From NCBI GenBank assembly GCA_044345405.1, contig JBIJBE010000057.1:1-18831 (forward strand): a stretch of DNA of 18,831 nt, read 5' to 3'. Numbering within the stretch: position 1 is the first letter of the stretch; every line of letters begins with the position of its first letter. The notes under the pieces are model-generated. The model ran no database searches. It was not told the origin of the DNA and worked only from the letters and a program-made list of their open reading frames with translations. The stretch comes from Bdellovibrionota bacterium. GTDB lineage: Bacteria; Bdellovibrionota_C; UBA2361; OMII01. This document shows positions 7,579 through 16,706 of this stretch, piece by piece. A program made the position numbers and the translations under genes.

Positions 7579-7746
7579 CCCCTACGTACGACCCTCTAGC
7601 GTATATCCTGTGGAGAAGACTCGATTTTGGGACCACGAGCGGTATGCCACATGGTATCCCGTGCGCGCGGGATATAGTGCCCCTGGGGGCTTTTACATAG
7701 GGCAGCTCTGTGAGACAACGGGAGGAACGTACAAGGAGTACCCCCT

Positions 7747-8493
7747 ATGCTAGAGCTTTTTTCTCCGGAGAACTTGATCGCCCTATTGACCCTAACGTCA
7801 TTAGAGATCGTTCTTGGAATAGATAATATCGTTTTTATCGCGATTATCGCCGGTCGTTTAAAGGCTGAACAGCGCCACTCAGCTCGTCTGATCGGACTTG
7901 GGCTCGCGGTTATCACGCGGTTGATGCTCCTCTTCACCCTTTCCTACATGGCATCGCTTACCAGTCCGGTTGTGACGATGCCGTTTATGGGTCGGGAGCT
8001 GAGTGGTCGTGATATTATCCTCCTCGTCGGAGGTCTCTTCCTTATTTACAAAGCGACGAAAGAGATTCGAGAGAAGACGGTTCACGAGGAGAGTGAGCTT
8101 CGTGAATTTCAAGGCGGTAAGATGCCGACGATGCGGGGTGTGATAACCCAAATCATTCTCATCGATATCGTGTTCTCGCTCGATTCCGTGATCACGGCGG
8201 TGGGAATGACAAACAACCTTCCGGTGATGGCGACCGCTGTTGTTTTGGCTGTTATCGTCATGTTGCTCTTCTCAGGATTTATCGTTCGTTTCATCGAGGC
8301 GAATCCTACGATTAAGATACTCGCGCTCTCGTTCCTCCTCATGATCGGTCTCGTGCTTGTCGCCGATGGACTCGGTCACCACATCGAGAAGGGATACATC
8401 TACTTCGCGATGGCGTTCTCGCTTGGGGTGGAGATGCTTAATTTAAGGGCGGCCCGGGTGCGAGGGGTGTCGGGGGAGGGCGGTCATTCCTGA
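7747..8493 (+). CDS. TerC-family integral membrane protein (short type, no CBS domains); probable Mn2+/metal-related transporter
   Basis: Signature motifs LEIVLGIDNIVFI, GGLFLIYKAT, DIVFSLDSVITAVG and KGYIYFAMAFS. About 7 hydrophobic helices. AAGGAG RBS at 7733-7738. Confidence 0.95.
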   Translation: MLELFSPENLIALLTLTSLEIVLGIDNIVFIAIIAGRLKAEQRHSARLIGLGLAVITRLMLLFTLSYMASLTSPVVTMPFMGRELSGRDIILLVGGLFLIYKATKEIREKTVHEESELREFQGGKMPTMRGVITQIILIDIVFSLDSVITAVGMTNNLPVMATAVVLAVIVMLLFSGFIVRFIEANPTIKILALSFLLMIGLVLVADGLGHHIEKGYIYFAMAFSLGVEMLNLRAARVRGVSGEGGHS

Positions 8494-8648
8494 CCGCCGC
8501 GTTAATGGCGTTCAACGGTGACGTGGACGTATGGCGTTACACGTCACCGTCGACGTGAAACGAGACAGGCAACGTTCCGGCGAGCAGGAATGCTCGCCCT
8601 CCCAAGGTGCGACCCGTGACTAGGGAGGGCGACCATTCCTGGTCGCCG
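8474..8648. repeat. Cluster of three 26-bp REP-like palindromic repeats in alternating orientation (BIME/REPIN-like)
   Basis: Copy A (+, 8474-8499) GGGAGGGCGGTCATTCCTGACCGCCG; copy B (-, 8578-8603) GGGAGGGCGAGCATTCCTGCTCGCCG; copy C (+, 8623-8648) GGGAGGGCGACCATTCCTGGTCGCCG. Each is GGAG followed by a perfect 8-bp stem with a TTCC loop. Confidence 0.8.
8515..8550. other. Strong hairpin between convergent terC-family and glk genes (REP spacer; possible terminator or mRNA stabiliser)
   Basis: Perfect 11-bp inverted repeat ACGGTGACGTG (8515-8525) / CACGTCACCGT (8540-8550). There is no U-tract, so a terminator role is uncertain. Confidence 0.55.
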
Positions 8649-8710
8649 TGTTGCGGACGGCGAAGGTTATCAGGAATGCGAAGCGTTTTGGCGCTCAGGA
8701 CATCCCTTCC

Positions 8711-9700
8711 CTACAACGTCGAAGCGATAGCCGCCGCCCCATAGAGCGAGGCGTAATCATCCTTGATGATGAACACAGGGGTCGCTTCAACACGCTCCTT
8801 CTGCTTACCTTTGTTGAGGTATCCTTCAAGGAACGAGCCGTTCGTGAGGAACTCCAAGATCTTTGGTGGGATACCACCGCCTAAGAAGACACCTCCGGTC
8901 GCGAGGTAGGTGAGAACGATATTGCTACAGTGGGCGCCGAGCATGGTGCAGAACATATTGAGCGTTTTGACGCAGAGGTCTGATTTACCCGCCATCGCGA
9001 TGCCTGTGATAGTTGAAGCTGGATGCTCCTTAGCCTCGGGGGTCTTCATCTCCTCGGGCTCTTCGCCGTATCCGGAGTCTCGAAGGAAGGTGTAGATGTT
9101 GAAGATACCTGGTCCGCACAGTATCGACTCAACGCTGACGTGAGAAAGTTTCTTTTGAAGATACTTTAAGAGCTCGATCTCAAGGTCGTTGGTTGGCGCG
9201 AAGTTAGCGTGTCCACCCTCTGAGGCGAGGAGCACGCTCCACCCACCTTCTCGATGAATGAGCGAGTGTCCCAGTCCAGTTCCTGGCGCGACAACAACGC
9301 AGGAGCCCGCGCGATCATACCCCTCACCGCCGTAGAGCGTTTTGAGGCTGCTTGGACCGAAGTGCGGAATCGCCGCCGCGGTACTGACGAGATCGTTTAC
9401 GAGTTTGACTTTGGAGATATCAAGGGCGAGTCCAACCTGAACCATCGCGACCTCCCATGGGAGGTTCGTCACCTTGACCTTGCCGTTCACAACGGGACCG
9501 GGGAGTCCGAAGCAACCTGCCTCAAGATGCCCTTTGACCTTTGAACTGTGTTTGTCCATGAAGACGCCAAGGATCGCCTCAAGGCTCTTGTAATCCTTGC
9601 TCGCGTAGTCCTCAGATACCACCAGCTCGACCTTTCCAGCACGTCTCTCAAAGAGGCCGATTCGAGCCTTCGTTCCACCCACATCACCAGCGATAAGCAT
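8711..9700 (-). CDS. glk: Glucokinase (E. coli Glk-type, non-ROK)
   Basis: AGDVGGTKAR phosphate-1 motif, GPV…VTNLPW, LVND, APGTGLG, SEGGHANFAP, VSVE and GGVFLGGGIPPKI. CAGGAG RBS favours ATG at 9700 (alternative 9706) over the TTG at 9760. Confidence 0.95.
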   Translation of the reverse strand: MLIAGDVGGTKARIGLFERRAGKVELVVSEDYASKDYKSLEAILGVFMDKHSSKVKGHLEAGCFGLPGPVVNGKVKVTNLPWEVAMVQVGLALDISKVKLVNDLVSTAAAIPHFGPSSLKTLYGGEGYDRAGSCVVVAPGTGLGHSLIHREGGWSVLLASEGGHANFAPTNDLEIELLKYLQKKLSHVSVESILCGPGIFNIYTFLRDSGYGEEPEEMKTPEAKEHPASTITGIAMAGKSDLCVKTLNMFCTMLGAHCSNIVLTYLATGGVFLGGGIPPKILEFLTNGSFLEGYLNKGKQKERVEATPVFIIKDDYASLYGAAAIASTL

Positions 9701-9999
9701 GAACATCTCCTGAACAGTTAATGCATCGGCATTTCTAGCAAACAGAGCGACGTCGGCCAACTATTTCCGCCGGAAGACGTCGTTTTGTCCTATTCGGTCT
9801 ACGGACGAGATTGTCTGACGGCGAACATTGAGAAGAGGATTAGACCGGGTATGAAGGGGGCCGCGGTATGAGAGGCGCTAAAAGAGAGGACGCCCGATGC
9901 CGATAGGTTCCAGAAATATCCCGTCTTAACATGGACTTCCCGAAGTACGCTCCCTATAATCCGAACACCAGGGGCCCTGCGCCGTATATTCGTTCGCCT

Positions 10000-11391
10000 A
10001 TGAAGATCTTGATGCTCGGATGGGAATATCCCCCTCATATCGCGGGGGGACTCGGCACTGCCTGTCAGGGCCTAACGAGCGCGTTGTCCTCCCAAGGGGT
10101 CGATATTCACTTCGTCGTTCCCCAGCTCTTCGGAATGGAAGAGGCACGGCACATGGTGCTTTCTGATTCCTCTCGCGCGATTTCGCCAGGTGGCCAACAA
10201 CCGCAAGGTCCTAAGCCACCGCCCGTTCCCGTTCCCACGACCCGTATCCCGGCTTTTCTCTCCCCGTACTGGAGTCCCCGTCAGTTTACGGAGACGATGG
10301 CCGCAATCACGCACCAACAGGTTGCATCGCTCTCGCCCGCGTTGAGAAAGGATCCGACGGCGCGTGCGCTGATAGATGGAGAGGTATATGGGATCGATCT
10401 CGTCAGCGCGCTCGAACACGCGCAGCCAGACCTTCCCGAGCGGGTCGCGGGTAACGATCGCTACAGCAAAGACCTCTTCGAGGAGGTTGAGCGCTTCACG
10501 ATGCAAGTTATCTCACAGTTCGCGGGGGAGTCGTTCGATGTGATTCACGCCCACGATTGGATGACGTTTCCCGCTGGGGTCGCTCTCTCCGAGCGAACGG
10601 GCAAACCTCTTATCGTACACGTGCATAGCCTTGAGCAGGATAGAAGTGGCCTCTTCGTGCATCCTCAGATCAGTGAGATGGAGCGTTTCGGGACCCGACA
10701 CGCCGATAAGGTGATAGCGGTGAGTTACTTCACGAAACGCTCTATTGAACGTCATCACGGAATCCCCTCAAGTAAGGTACTCGTTGTTCACAACGGCGTG
10801 TATCCGCGAGAGATGGTAACTGATTATCGAGGAAAGAAGACGTGGCCTGAGCACGTGGTCGCTTTTGTCGGTCGAGTGACCTTCCAAAAGGGGCCTGAGT
10901 ACTTCGTTGAGATGGCGGCGAAAGTTATCCCCCATCTGCCGGATGTTCTTTTCGTGGTCGCTGGCCAAGGAGATATGCTGCCATTGATAATGGAGCAGGT
11001 TAAAGAGCTTGGTCTTTCAAAGAATTTCATGTTCCCGGGATTCGTGCAGGGTGAGGAGCTTGAGGAGATCTTCTCTGTCGCGGATATCTATGTCATGCCA
11101 TCCGTGTCTGAGCCGTTCGGTATCACGGCGCTTGAGGCTGTGAGCTTCGATACCCCGATTATTATCTCCAAGCAGTCCGGTGTGGCCGAGGTTATCGAGC
11201 ATGCCCTCAAGGTTGATTTTTGGGACGTGGACCGCATGGCGGATCTCATTATCAACGCGCTCGTGCATCCTGAGATGCGCCAGGATTTGGCTCGAATGGC
11301 TCGAGAGGAGATCAAAGTGCTTCATTGGGACGCGGCGGCTTTAAAGACGATAGAGGTCTACCAAGACGTGAGTCCACAAGCCTCGCTATAA
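10000..11391 (+). CDS. GT4-family (GT-B fold) glycosyltransferase, glycogen-synthase-like
   Basis: MKILMLGWEYPPHIAGGLG N-terminus, IHAHDWMT, VHVHSLE, VVHNGV, FVGRVTFQKG and PSVSEPFGITALEA (E-x7-E). Start placed at ATG 10000 by family N-terminus; the ORF extends back to 9931. Confidence 0.93.
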   Translation: MKILMLGWEYPPHIAGGLGTACQGLTSALSSQGVDIHFVVPQLFGMEEARHMVLSDSSRAISPGGQQPQGPKPPPVPVPTTRIPAFLSPYWSPRQFTETMAAITHQQVASLSPALRKDPTARALIDGEVYGIDLVSALEHAQPDLPERVAGNDRYSKDLFEEVERFTMQVISQFAGESFDVIHAHDWMTFPAGVALSERTGKPLIVHVHSLEQDRSGLFVHPQISEMERFGTRHADKVIAVSYFTKRSIERHHGIPSSKVLVVHNGVYPREMVTDYRGKKTWPEHVVAFVGRVTFQKGPEYFVEMAAKVIPHLPDVLFVVAGQGDMLPLIMEQVKELGLSKNFMFPGFVQGEELEEIFSVADIYVMPSVSEPFGITALEAVSFDTPIIISKQSGVAEVIEHALKVDFWDVDRMADLIINALVHPEMRQDLARMAREEIKVLHWDAAALKTIEVYQDVSPQASL

Positions 11392-11408
11392 GGGCAGGAA
11401 CGAGAAGT

Positions 11409-12635
11409 ATGCCGGCGGTTTGTTTCTATTTTCAGGTGCACCAACCGTATCGACTGCGGCGTTATTCCTATTTTGATGTCGAGAACGCGACCACCTACTT
11501 CGATGACACACTGAATCGCTCTATTATGGAGCGAGTCGCGAAGCGCTCTTATCTGGCGGCGAACGAGCGCCTGCTTCGCGCGATTCGCGCATGCGATGGT
11601 TCGCTCAAAGTCGCGTTCTCGATAAGCGGCACCGCGCTTGAGCAGATGCGTCTCTACGCCCCAGACGCGCTGGAGAGCTTTCGAGCGTTGGCGGCCACTG
11701 GATGTGTCGAGTTTTTGGGGGAGACCTACTATCACTCCCTCGCGTCCCTCTACGATCGTGATGAGTTCGAGGCGCAGGTGCGTTTGCACTCCGATGCCAT
11801 CGAACGGGAGTTCGGTCAGCGGCCCCGCGTATTTCGTAATACGGAGCTTATCTACAGCGATGAGATCGGGCGAGTGGTTGGAGAGCTCGGATTTCGGGGA
11901 GTTCTGGTAGAGGGAGTGAACGATATCTTGGGATGGCGTTCGCCACATTTCGCCTACCGCGTGCCCGGGGCGACAACCAAGTTGCTTCCGCGAAGTTTTA
12001 AACTCTCGGATGATATCGCGTTCCGGTTCACCCATGGCGGTGACGAACGCCTCACTCCGGAACGATACGCCGCCTCGTTGCATGACCTCACCGGTAACGC
12101 TGATTTCGTTGGGTTGTTCCTCGATTATGAGACCTTCGGTGAGCATCATGAGGGAGATACCGGGATTCTCGATTTTCTTGAGAAACTTCCGCCTCACGTT
12201 CTCAAGCACAAGGAATGGTCCTTCACTACGCCCTCTGACGCGATTCGGTATCTTCACCCTGTCTCCGAATTGTCCTTCGCCCGCGTTACATCGTGGGCTG
12301 ATACCGAGCGAGATGTGAGCGCGTGGTGTGGCAACAAGATGCAGCGGGGAGCGATTGAGACGCTCTACGAGACCAAGACCCTCTATGCGGGATGTGATAT
12401 CGCGGCGCCCGATATGGCGCTCGCTCGAGAGACGTGGCGTCGTTTGCAGACCTCCGACCACTTTTACTACATGAGCACCAAGGGAGATGGAGATGGTGTG
12501 GTGCATCGATACTTCAGCCCGTATGAGAGTCCGTACGACGCTTTCGTCGCGTACATGAACGTGCTCAAGGATATCAACGCCCGTTCGAGAAAGGTCGCTC
12601 GTGACCGGGACCGTGAAGCGGCTTCGAACGCATAG
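11409..12635 (+). CDS. Glycoside hydrolase family 57 (alpha-amylase-like)
   Basis: YFQVHQPYRL, GETYYHSL, FRNTEL (nucleophile Glu), LSDDIAFRF, DYETFGEH (acid/base Asp), SWAD and LQTSDHFYYM. Starts 17 nt after the GT4 stop. Confidence 0.95.
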   Translation: MPAVCFYFQVHQPYRLRRYSYFDVENATTYFDDTLNRSIMERVAKRSYLAANERLLRAIRACDGSLKVAFSISGTALEQMRLYAPDALESFRALAATGCVEFLGETYYHSLASLYDRDEFEAQVRLHSDAIEREFGQRPRVFRNTELIYSDEIGRVVGELGFRGVLVEGVNDILGWRSPHFAYRVPGATTKLLPRSFKLSDDIAFRFTHGGDERLTPERYAASLHDLTGNADFVGLFLDYETFGEHHEGDTGILDFLEKLPPHVLKHKEWSFTTPSDAIRYLHPVSELSFARVTSWADTERDVSAWCGNKMQRGAIETLYETKTLYAGCDIAAPDMALARETWRRLQTSDHFYYMSTKGDGDGVVHRYFSPYESPYDAFVAYMNVLKDINARSRKVARDRDREAASNA

Positions 12636-12672
12636 GACGCGCCTCGCCCGCCTCTACCGACAGGTCGAGTCT

Positions 12673-15429
12673 TTAGCTTTTCGACCGTCCGCGAGGAGAG
12701 GGCTCAGCGCGGACCTGTATCATTCGCTCGATGCACAGGGAGACGAGAGAGGTCCAGCCGGTCTGATGACTCGCTCCGATACCGGTGCCGTTGTCTCCAT
12801 GGAAGTGCTCGTAGAAGAGAATAAGATCCTTCCAGAAGGGGTTCTTAGCGTAGCGAGTATCATCTCCGTGACACGGTCTACGGCCCTGAGGATCCCGAAG
12901 GAAGAGGAGGCTGAGGCGACGTGAAAGTTCGTCGGCGACCTGCTTGAGGTTCATGAAGGTGCCACTTCCGGTTGGACACTCAATTTTGAAGGAGTCCCCG
13001 TAGAAGGTGTAGTAGCGGTCGAGCGCCTCAATTACGAGGAAGTTAATCGGGAACCATACAGGTCCGCGCCAATTCGAATTGCCGCCGAAAAAGTCGGTGT
13101 TGGAATCTCCAGGGCAGTAGTCGATTCCGTAATCCCGATTTTCAAGGGTGAGTCGATACGGGAACTCCGCGTGGATCTTGGAGAGAGATCTCATGCCGTA
13201 GGGCGAGAGGAACTCCCGCTCATCGAGGATGTAGCGAAGCATGCGTGTCAGACGCTCGGCTGATGGGATCGCGAGAAGCTTCAACCCGTCTGAGGATTGC
13301 TCAATATCGCTGACCGCTTCCTTCGGACCGGTCGCCGTATACGCGATCTGTTTGGCGAGGGCGCTCTGATTGGCGACGAACCATTCGAACCGCTTCTTGA
13401 AACCTGGAAGCTTATCGATGGTTGTATTCTGGAGCACCTCAACGGCGAGGAGGGGAATAACGCCGACGAGCGACCGTACCCGCAGGGGGATGTGCGCTCC
13501 ATCGATCGAGAGCTCATCGTAGTAAAAGCCATCGAGTTGATCCCACAGTCCGGTACCACCGAAATGATTGATAGCGGAGGCGATAGAGATGAAGTGCTCA
13601 AAGAACTTCGAGGCGAGGTCCTCGTACTCCTCGTCGTGAGCGGCGAGCTCGAGAGCCATCGTTAACATCGTGCCGCAATAGAAGGCCATCCACGCGGTGG
13701 CGTCGGCCTGTTGCAGCGTCCCTCCCTTGGGTAACGGCGCGCTTCGGTCAAATACCCCGATATTATCGAGACCAAGGAATCCACCGGAGAAGAGGTTCTT
13801 CCCTTGAGCGTCTTTACGATTCACCCACCAGGTAAAGTTAATCAGAAGCTTGGCGAATACACGCTTGAGGAAGTTGCGATCCGCTTGTCCAGACTCGACG
13901 CCCATCTGATAGACACGCCAGCACGCCCACGCGTGCACGGGGGGGTTCACGTTCGAGAATTCGAACTCATACGCCGGTATCTGACCGTTCGGGTGCATGT
14001 ACCACTCGCGGAGCATAAGGATGAGTTGTTGCTTGGCGAACGCTTGGTCGATGCGAGCGAACGTGACCATGTGGAACGCGAGGTCCCACACCGCGTACCA
14101 CGGATACTCCCACTTATCAGGTACAGAGATGATATCGCGATTGTAGAGGTGGCTCCACTCGTTGTTCTTCTGAGATTTGCGAGAGTCCGATGGAGTGGGT
14201 TGCGTTGGGTCTCCCTCGATCCACTCCTTCACCGAGTAGTAGTAGAACTGCTTCGTCCACAAAAGCCCCGCGTATGATTGCCGCATGACGAGTCGCTCCT
14301 CAAGAGAGGCGTCCGCGGGGATGAGAGATTGGTAGAAGTCGTCACATTCCGCCTTTCTGCGATCGAAGATCTCATCAAAGTCATCACCAAAGGTCTCCTT
14401 TTGGGGGGCGAACGATGAGGTGAGTCTCAGTTTGAGCTCAACCTGTCCGTGCGCGGGGACGTTGGTCTGGTAGATGAACGCGGCCTTGGTGCCGACCATC
14501 TCCGGATTCACGGCATCGGTCTCGCCATCGATAATATAGCGATGAAACGCGTCCTTTACGTACGGCGTTTCGTTGTCACGCCCGAAGAGTCGTTGGAGGT
14601 TGGTCTCGTTGTCGGTAAACACCGGCGTTATCTCTTTCGGTTCAAGTGATGGATCAAGCAGGACAACGAAGGGATCGAGTTGAGGATGCACGAGAAGGAG
14701 TCGATCCTTGCTGAGCATCGAGATGCGGGGCTTAATCGTGTAACCCTCTCCCGAGCGTCCCCATGCCCACGTGTTTCGAAACCAGATGTGGGGAAGCAGA
14801 TAGAGTGGGGCCGCCTTCGCGTGTCGATTATGGGCGGTGATCTTGACCAGGATATCGTTGGGGCCCGCTTTCGCGTACTCGACGAAGATATCGAAGTACT
14901 CGTTGGTATCAAAGATGCCGGTGTCGGTGAGCTCATACTCGCGCTCAAGACGTCCCCGTCGACGATTTTCATCAACAAGCGCCGCGTAGGGGAACTCTTT
15001 CTGAGGATACTTGTAGAGCGCCTTCATGTAGGAATGAGTCGGCGTTGAGTCGAGGTAGTAGTAGCACTCCTTCACATCCTCGCCGTGATTTCCCTCGGGG
15101 CCACTTAGTCCGAAGAGCCGCTCCTTGAGGATCGAATCCTTCCCGTTCCACAGCGCGAGGGAGAAGCAGATCCGACATTGACGATCCGTTATGCCGAGGA
15201 GACCATCCTCTCCCCACCGGTACGTTCTGCTGCGCGCCTGATCGTGCGTGAAGTACGACCACACCGAGCCGTCCGCGGAGTAATCCTCGCGTACTGTGCC
15301 CCACTGTCGCTCGGGTAGATACGGTCCCCACCGTTTCCAATTTTTGACGCGACGCTCGTCCTCCGAGAGGCGATCTCGCTCAGCGTTCGGGTTCGGTGAT
15401 GGTGTGATCTTTTTACGGGCCATGCGCAT
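12673..15429 (-). CDS. GH63-like glucosidase (MGH1-like / mannosyl-oligosaccharide glucosidase family, (alpha/alpha)6 barrel)
   Basis: WKRWGPYLPERQWGTVREDYS, GNHGEDVKE, PDKWEYPWYAVWDLAFH, GFLGLDNIG, GGNSNWRGPVW and FYEHFHGDNGTGIGASHQTGWT. The start is ATG 15429 or 15423. Confidence 0.92.
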   Translation of the reverse strand: MRMARKKITPSPNPNAERDRLSEDERRVKNWKRWGPYLPERQWGTVREDYSADGSVWSYFTHDQARSRTYRWGEDGLLGITDRQCRICFSLALWNGKDSILKERLFGLSGPEGNHGEDVKECYYYLDSTPTHSYMKALYKYPQKEFPYAALVDENRRRGRLEREYELTDTGIFDTNEYFDIFVEYAKAGPNDILVKITAHNRHAKAAPLYLLPHIWFRNTWAWGRSGEGYTIKPRISMLSKDRLLLVHPQLDPFVVLLDPSLEPKEITPVFTDNETNLQRLFGRDNETPYVKDAFHRYIIDGETDAVNPEMVGTKAAFIYQTNVPAHGQVELKLRLTSSFAPQKETFGDDFDEIFDRRKAECDDFYQSLIPADASLEERLVMRQSYAGLLWTKQFYYYSVKEWIEGDPTQPTPSDSRKSQKNNEWSHLYNRDIISVPDKWEYPWYAVWDLAFHMVTFARIDQAFAKQQLILMLREWYMHPNGQIPAYEFEFSNVNPPVHAWACWRVYQMGVESGQADRNFLKRVFAKLLINFTWWVNRKDAQGKNLFSGGFLGLDNIGVFDRSAPLPKGGTLQQADATAWMAFYCGTMLTMALELAAHDEEYEDLASKFFEHFISIASAINHFGGTGLWDQLDGFYYDELSIDGAHIPLRVRSLVGVIPLLAVEVLQNTTIDKLPGFKKRFEWFVANQSALAKQIAYTATGPKEAVSDIEQSSDGLKLLAIPSAERLTRMLRYILDEREFLSPYGMRSLSKIHAEFPYRLTLENRDYGIDYCPGDSNTDFFGGNSNWRGPVWFPINFLVIEALDRYYTFYGDSFKIECPTGSGTFMNLKQVADELSRRLSLLFLRDPQGRRPCHGDDTRYAKNPFWKDLILFYEHFHGDNGTGIGASHQTGWTSLVSLCIERMIQVRAEPSPRGRSKS

Positions 15430-15676
15430 GAAATTATTACATTTGTTAGATGAGATGAGACCCGAGAACAATGCGTAAGACCGTCGTATCTTGAAAGATT
15501 TCTGAGGGGGTGTGAAAAGCTCAGGAGTCGAGATGTGTGGTCTGGGGACGAGTAAGAGGTCGATTGTGCGTTTAGGTAGTTGATATTACAGAACTTATCT
15601 CGGCTGAAATAATAGGCGACACTGTTCGAATTTCATACCATATCTCATCAAGAGTTTTAAAAAGGCTGGATAAGCT

Positions 15677-16099
15677 ATGTCTCGAACACTACTTTCTGCT
15701 CTCTTTTGCACTGCTGTTCTATCCTCAGGGTGTGGATACCATGCCGCGCCACTCGCAATTGGAAGCGTTGGTGGAGCCGCCGTAGGCGCGGGAACGGGCG
15801 CCATCATCGGCAGCGTTATCTCTGGAGGAGATGTCGCGGCGAGCGCCTTGTTGGGCGGCGCTATCGGGTTGCCTGTCGGATTAGCCGCGGGAATGATCTA
15901 CGACTACTACAGCGAGGATACTATCCGCGAGATTAAGATCGAGGATATTAAGAATAATCAGCGGGAGATCCTCGCTCGGCAGCGTGAGATTGACGCGTTG
16001 CGAGAGGAGATTAAGAGCGATATCCCTGATGGTAATCCTCCTTCAGATCGCCAGGAATATCGATATATGGGTCCCTCGCTCGGAAATCCCTATCGGTAA
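15677..16099 (+). CDS. Glycine-zipper lipoprotein with C-terminal coiled coil
   Basis: Signal peptide ending LSSG-C, GxxxG repeats (GSVGGAAVGAGTGAIIG…LLGGAIGLPVGLAAG), then the heptad stretch IKNNQREILARQREIDALREEIK. Confidence 0.85.
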   Translation: MSRTLLSALFCTAVLSSGCGYHAAPLAIGSVGGAAVGAGTGAIIGSVISGGDVAASALLGGAIGLPVGLAAGMIYDYYSEDTIREIKIEDIKNNQREILARQREIDALREEIKSDIPDGNPPSDRQEYRYMGPSLGNPYR

Positions 16100-16134
16100 C
16101 AATCTCAGATGTGCCAATCGTTTTGAGGTCGCTT

Positions 16135-16533
16135 TTACGGAGTGACTCTCAGGATGGACTCCAGCTTCTTTTGCAGCGCCTCCGCCGAGAACGGTTTAAT
16201 CATGTAGTGCGTTACTCCCGCATGGGCGGCCTCGATTACGTTTGAACGCTCAGATTTAGCGGTTATCATCAAGAAGGGGACCTGTTTTAATTGAGGATCC
16301 TCTTTGAGCGCTGAGAGAAATTCAAGTCCGGTCATGTTCGGCATCGACCAATCTGAGATTATCAAATTACATGGTTCCGTCTTGAGTTTGAGGAGCGCGT
16401 CCTGACCTCCTCGTGCCTCAACGATCCGGTCGTATCCCAGCAGGTGAAGGGTGTGCTTGAGGATCGTTCGCATGCCGGCGAAGTCGTCCACGATCATGAT
16501 TCGAATGTCTTTGGATTTTTCCTGTCCTTCCAT
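16135..16533 (-). CDS. cheY: CheY-like single-domain response regulator (132 aa)
   Basis: IMIVDDF, phosphoacceptor ISDWSMPNMTG, PFLMITA, AGVTHYMIKPF and LQKKLESI. GGGAGG RBS before ATG 16533, so the 181-aa ORF start is over-extended. Confidence 0.88.
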   Translation of the reverse strand: MEGQEKSKDIRIMIVDDFAGMRTILKHTLHLLGYDRIVEARGGQDALLKLKTEPCNLIISDWSMPNMTGLEFLSALKEDPQLKQVPFLMITAKSERSNVIEAAHAGVTHYMIKPFSAEALQKKLESILRVTP

Positions 16534-16706
16534 GTCCGCCTCCCGGTGCGCACGCAGCTGCCCCTTGCTTTGTCGGTCGGCTCGTTGCGAGGACATCTTA
16601 ATGGAAGAGGGCTTAATCACCAGGAAAGCGTGGCAGCGATGAGGCCATTGAACGCAACATGCTGAAATCAGGTTGCACATTTTCTGCTATCTCTCTAGTT
16701 CTCTAA

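Noticed and set aside
7600-7722. Firm yybP-ykoY riboswitch annotation
   Set aside because: The match is only partial (GGAGAAG rather than GGAGUAG, no CGUCA) and cannot be called without a covariance-model search.
8474-8648. Possible mini-CRISPR array
   Set aside because: The repeats alternate in orientation, the spacers are unequal (78 and 19 nt) and no cas genes are present. This fits REPs instead.
11358-12506. 382-aa antisense ORF
   Set aside because: It lies opposite the motif-complete GH57 gene and has no recognisable motifs. It is a typical shadow ORF of GC-rich codon usage.
16534-16680. 49-aa N-terminal extension of CheY in the ORF track
   Set aside because: A strong GGGAGG RBS precedes ATG 16533, and the extension runs into the regulatory region.
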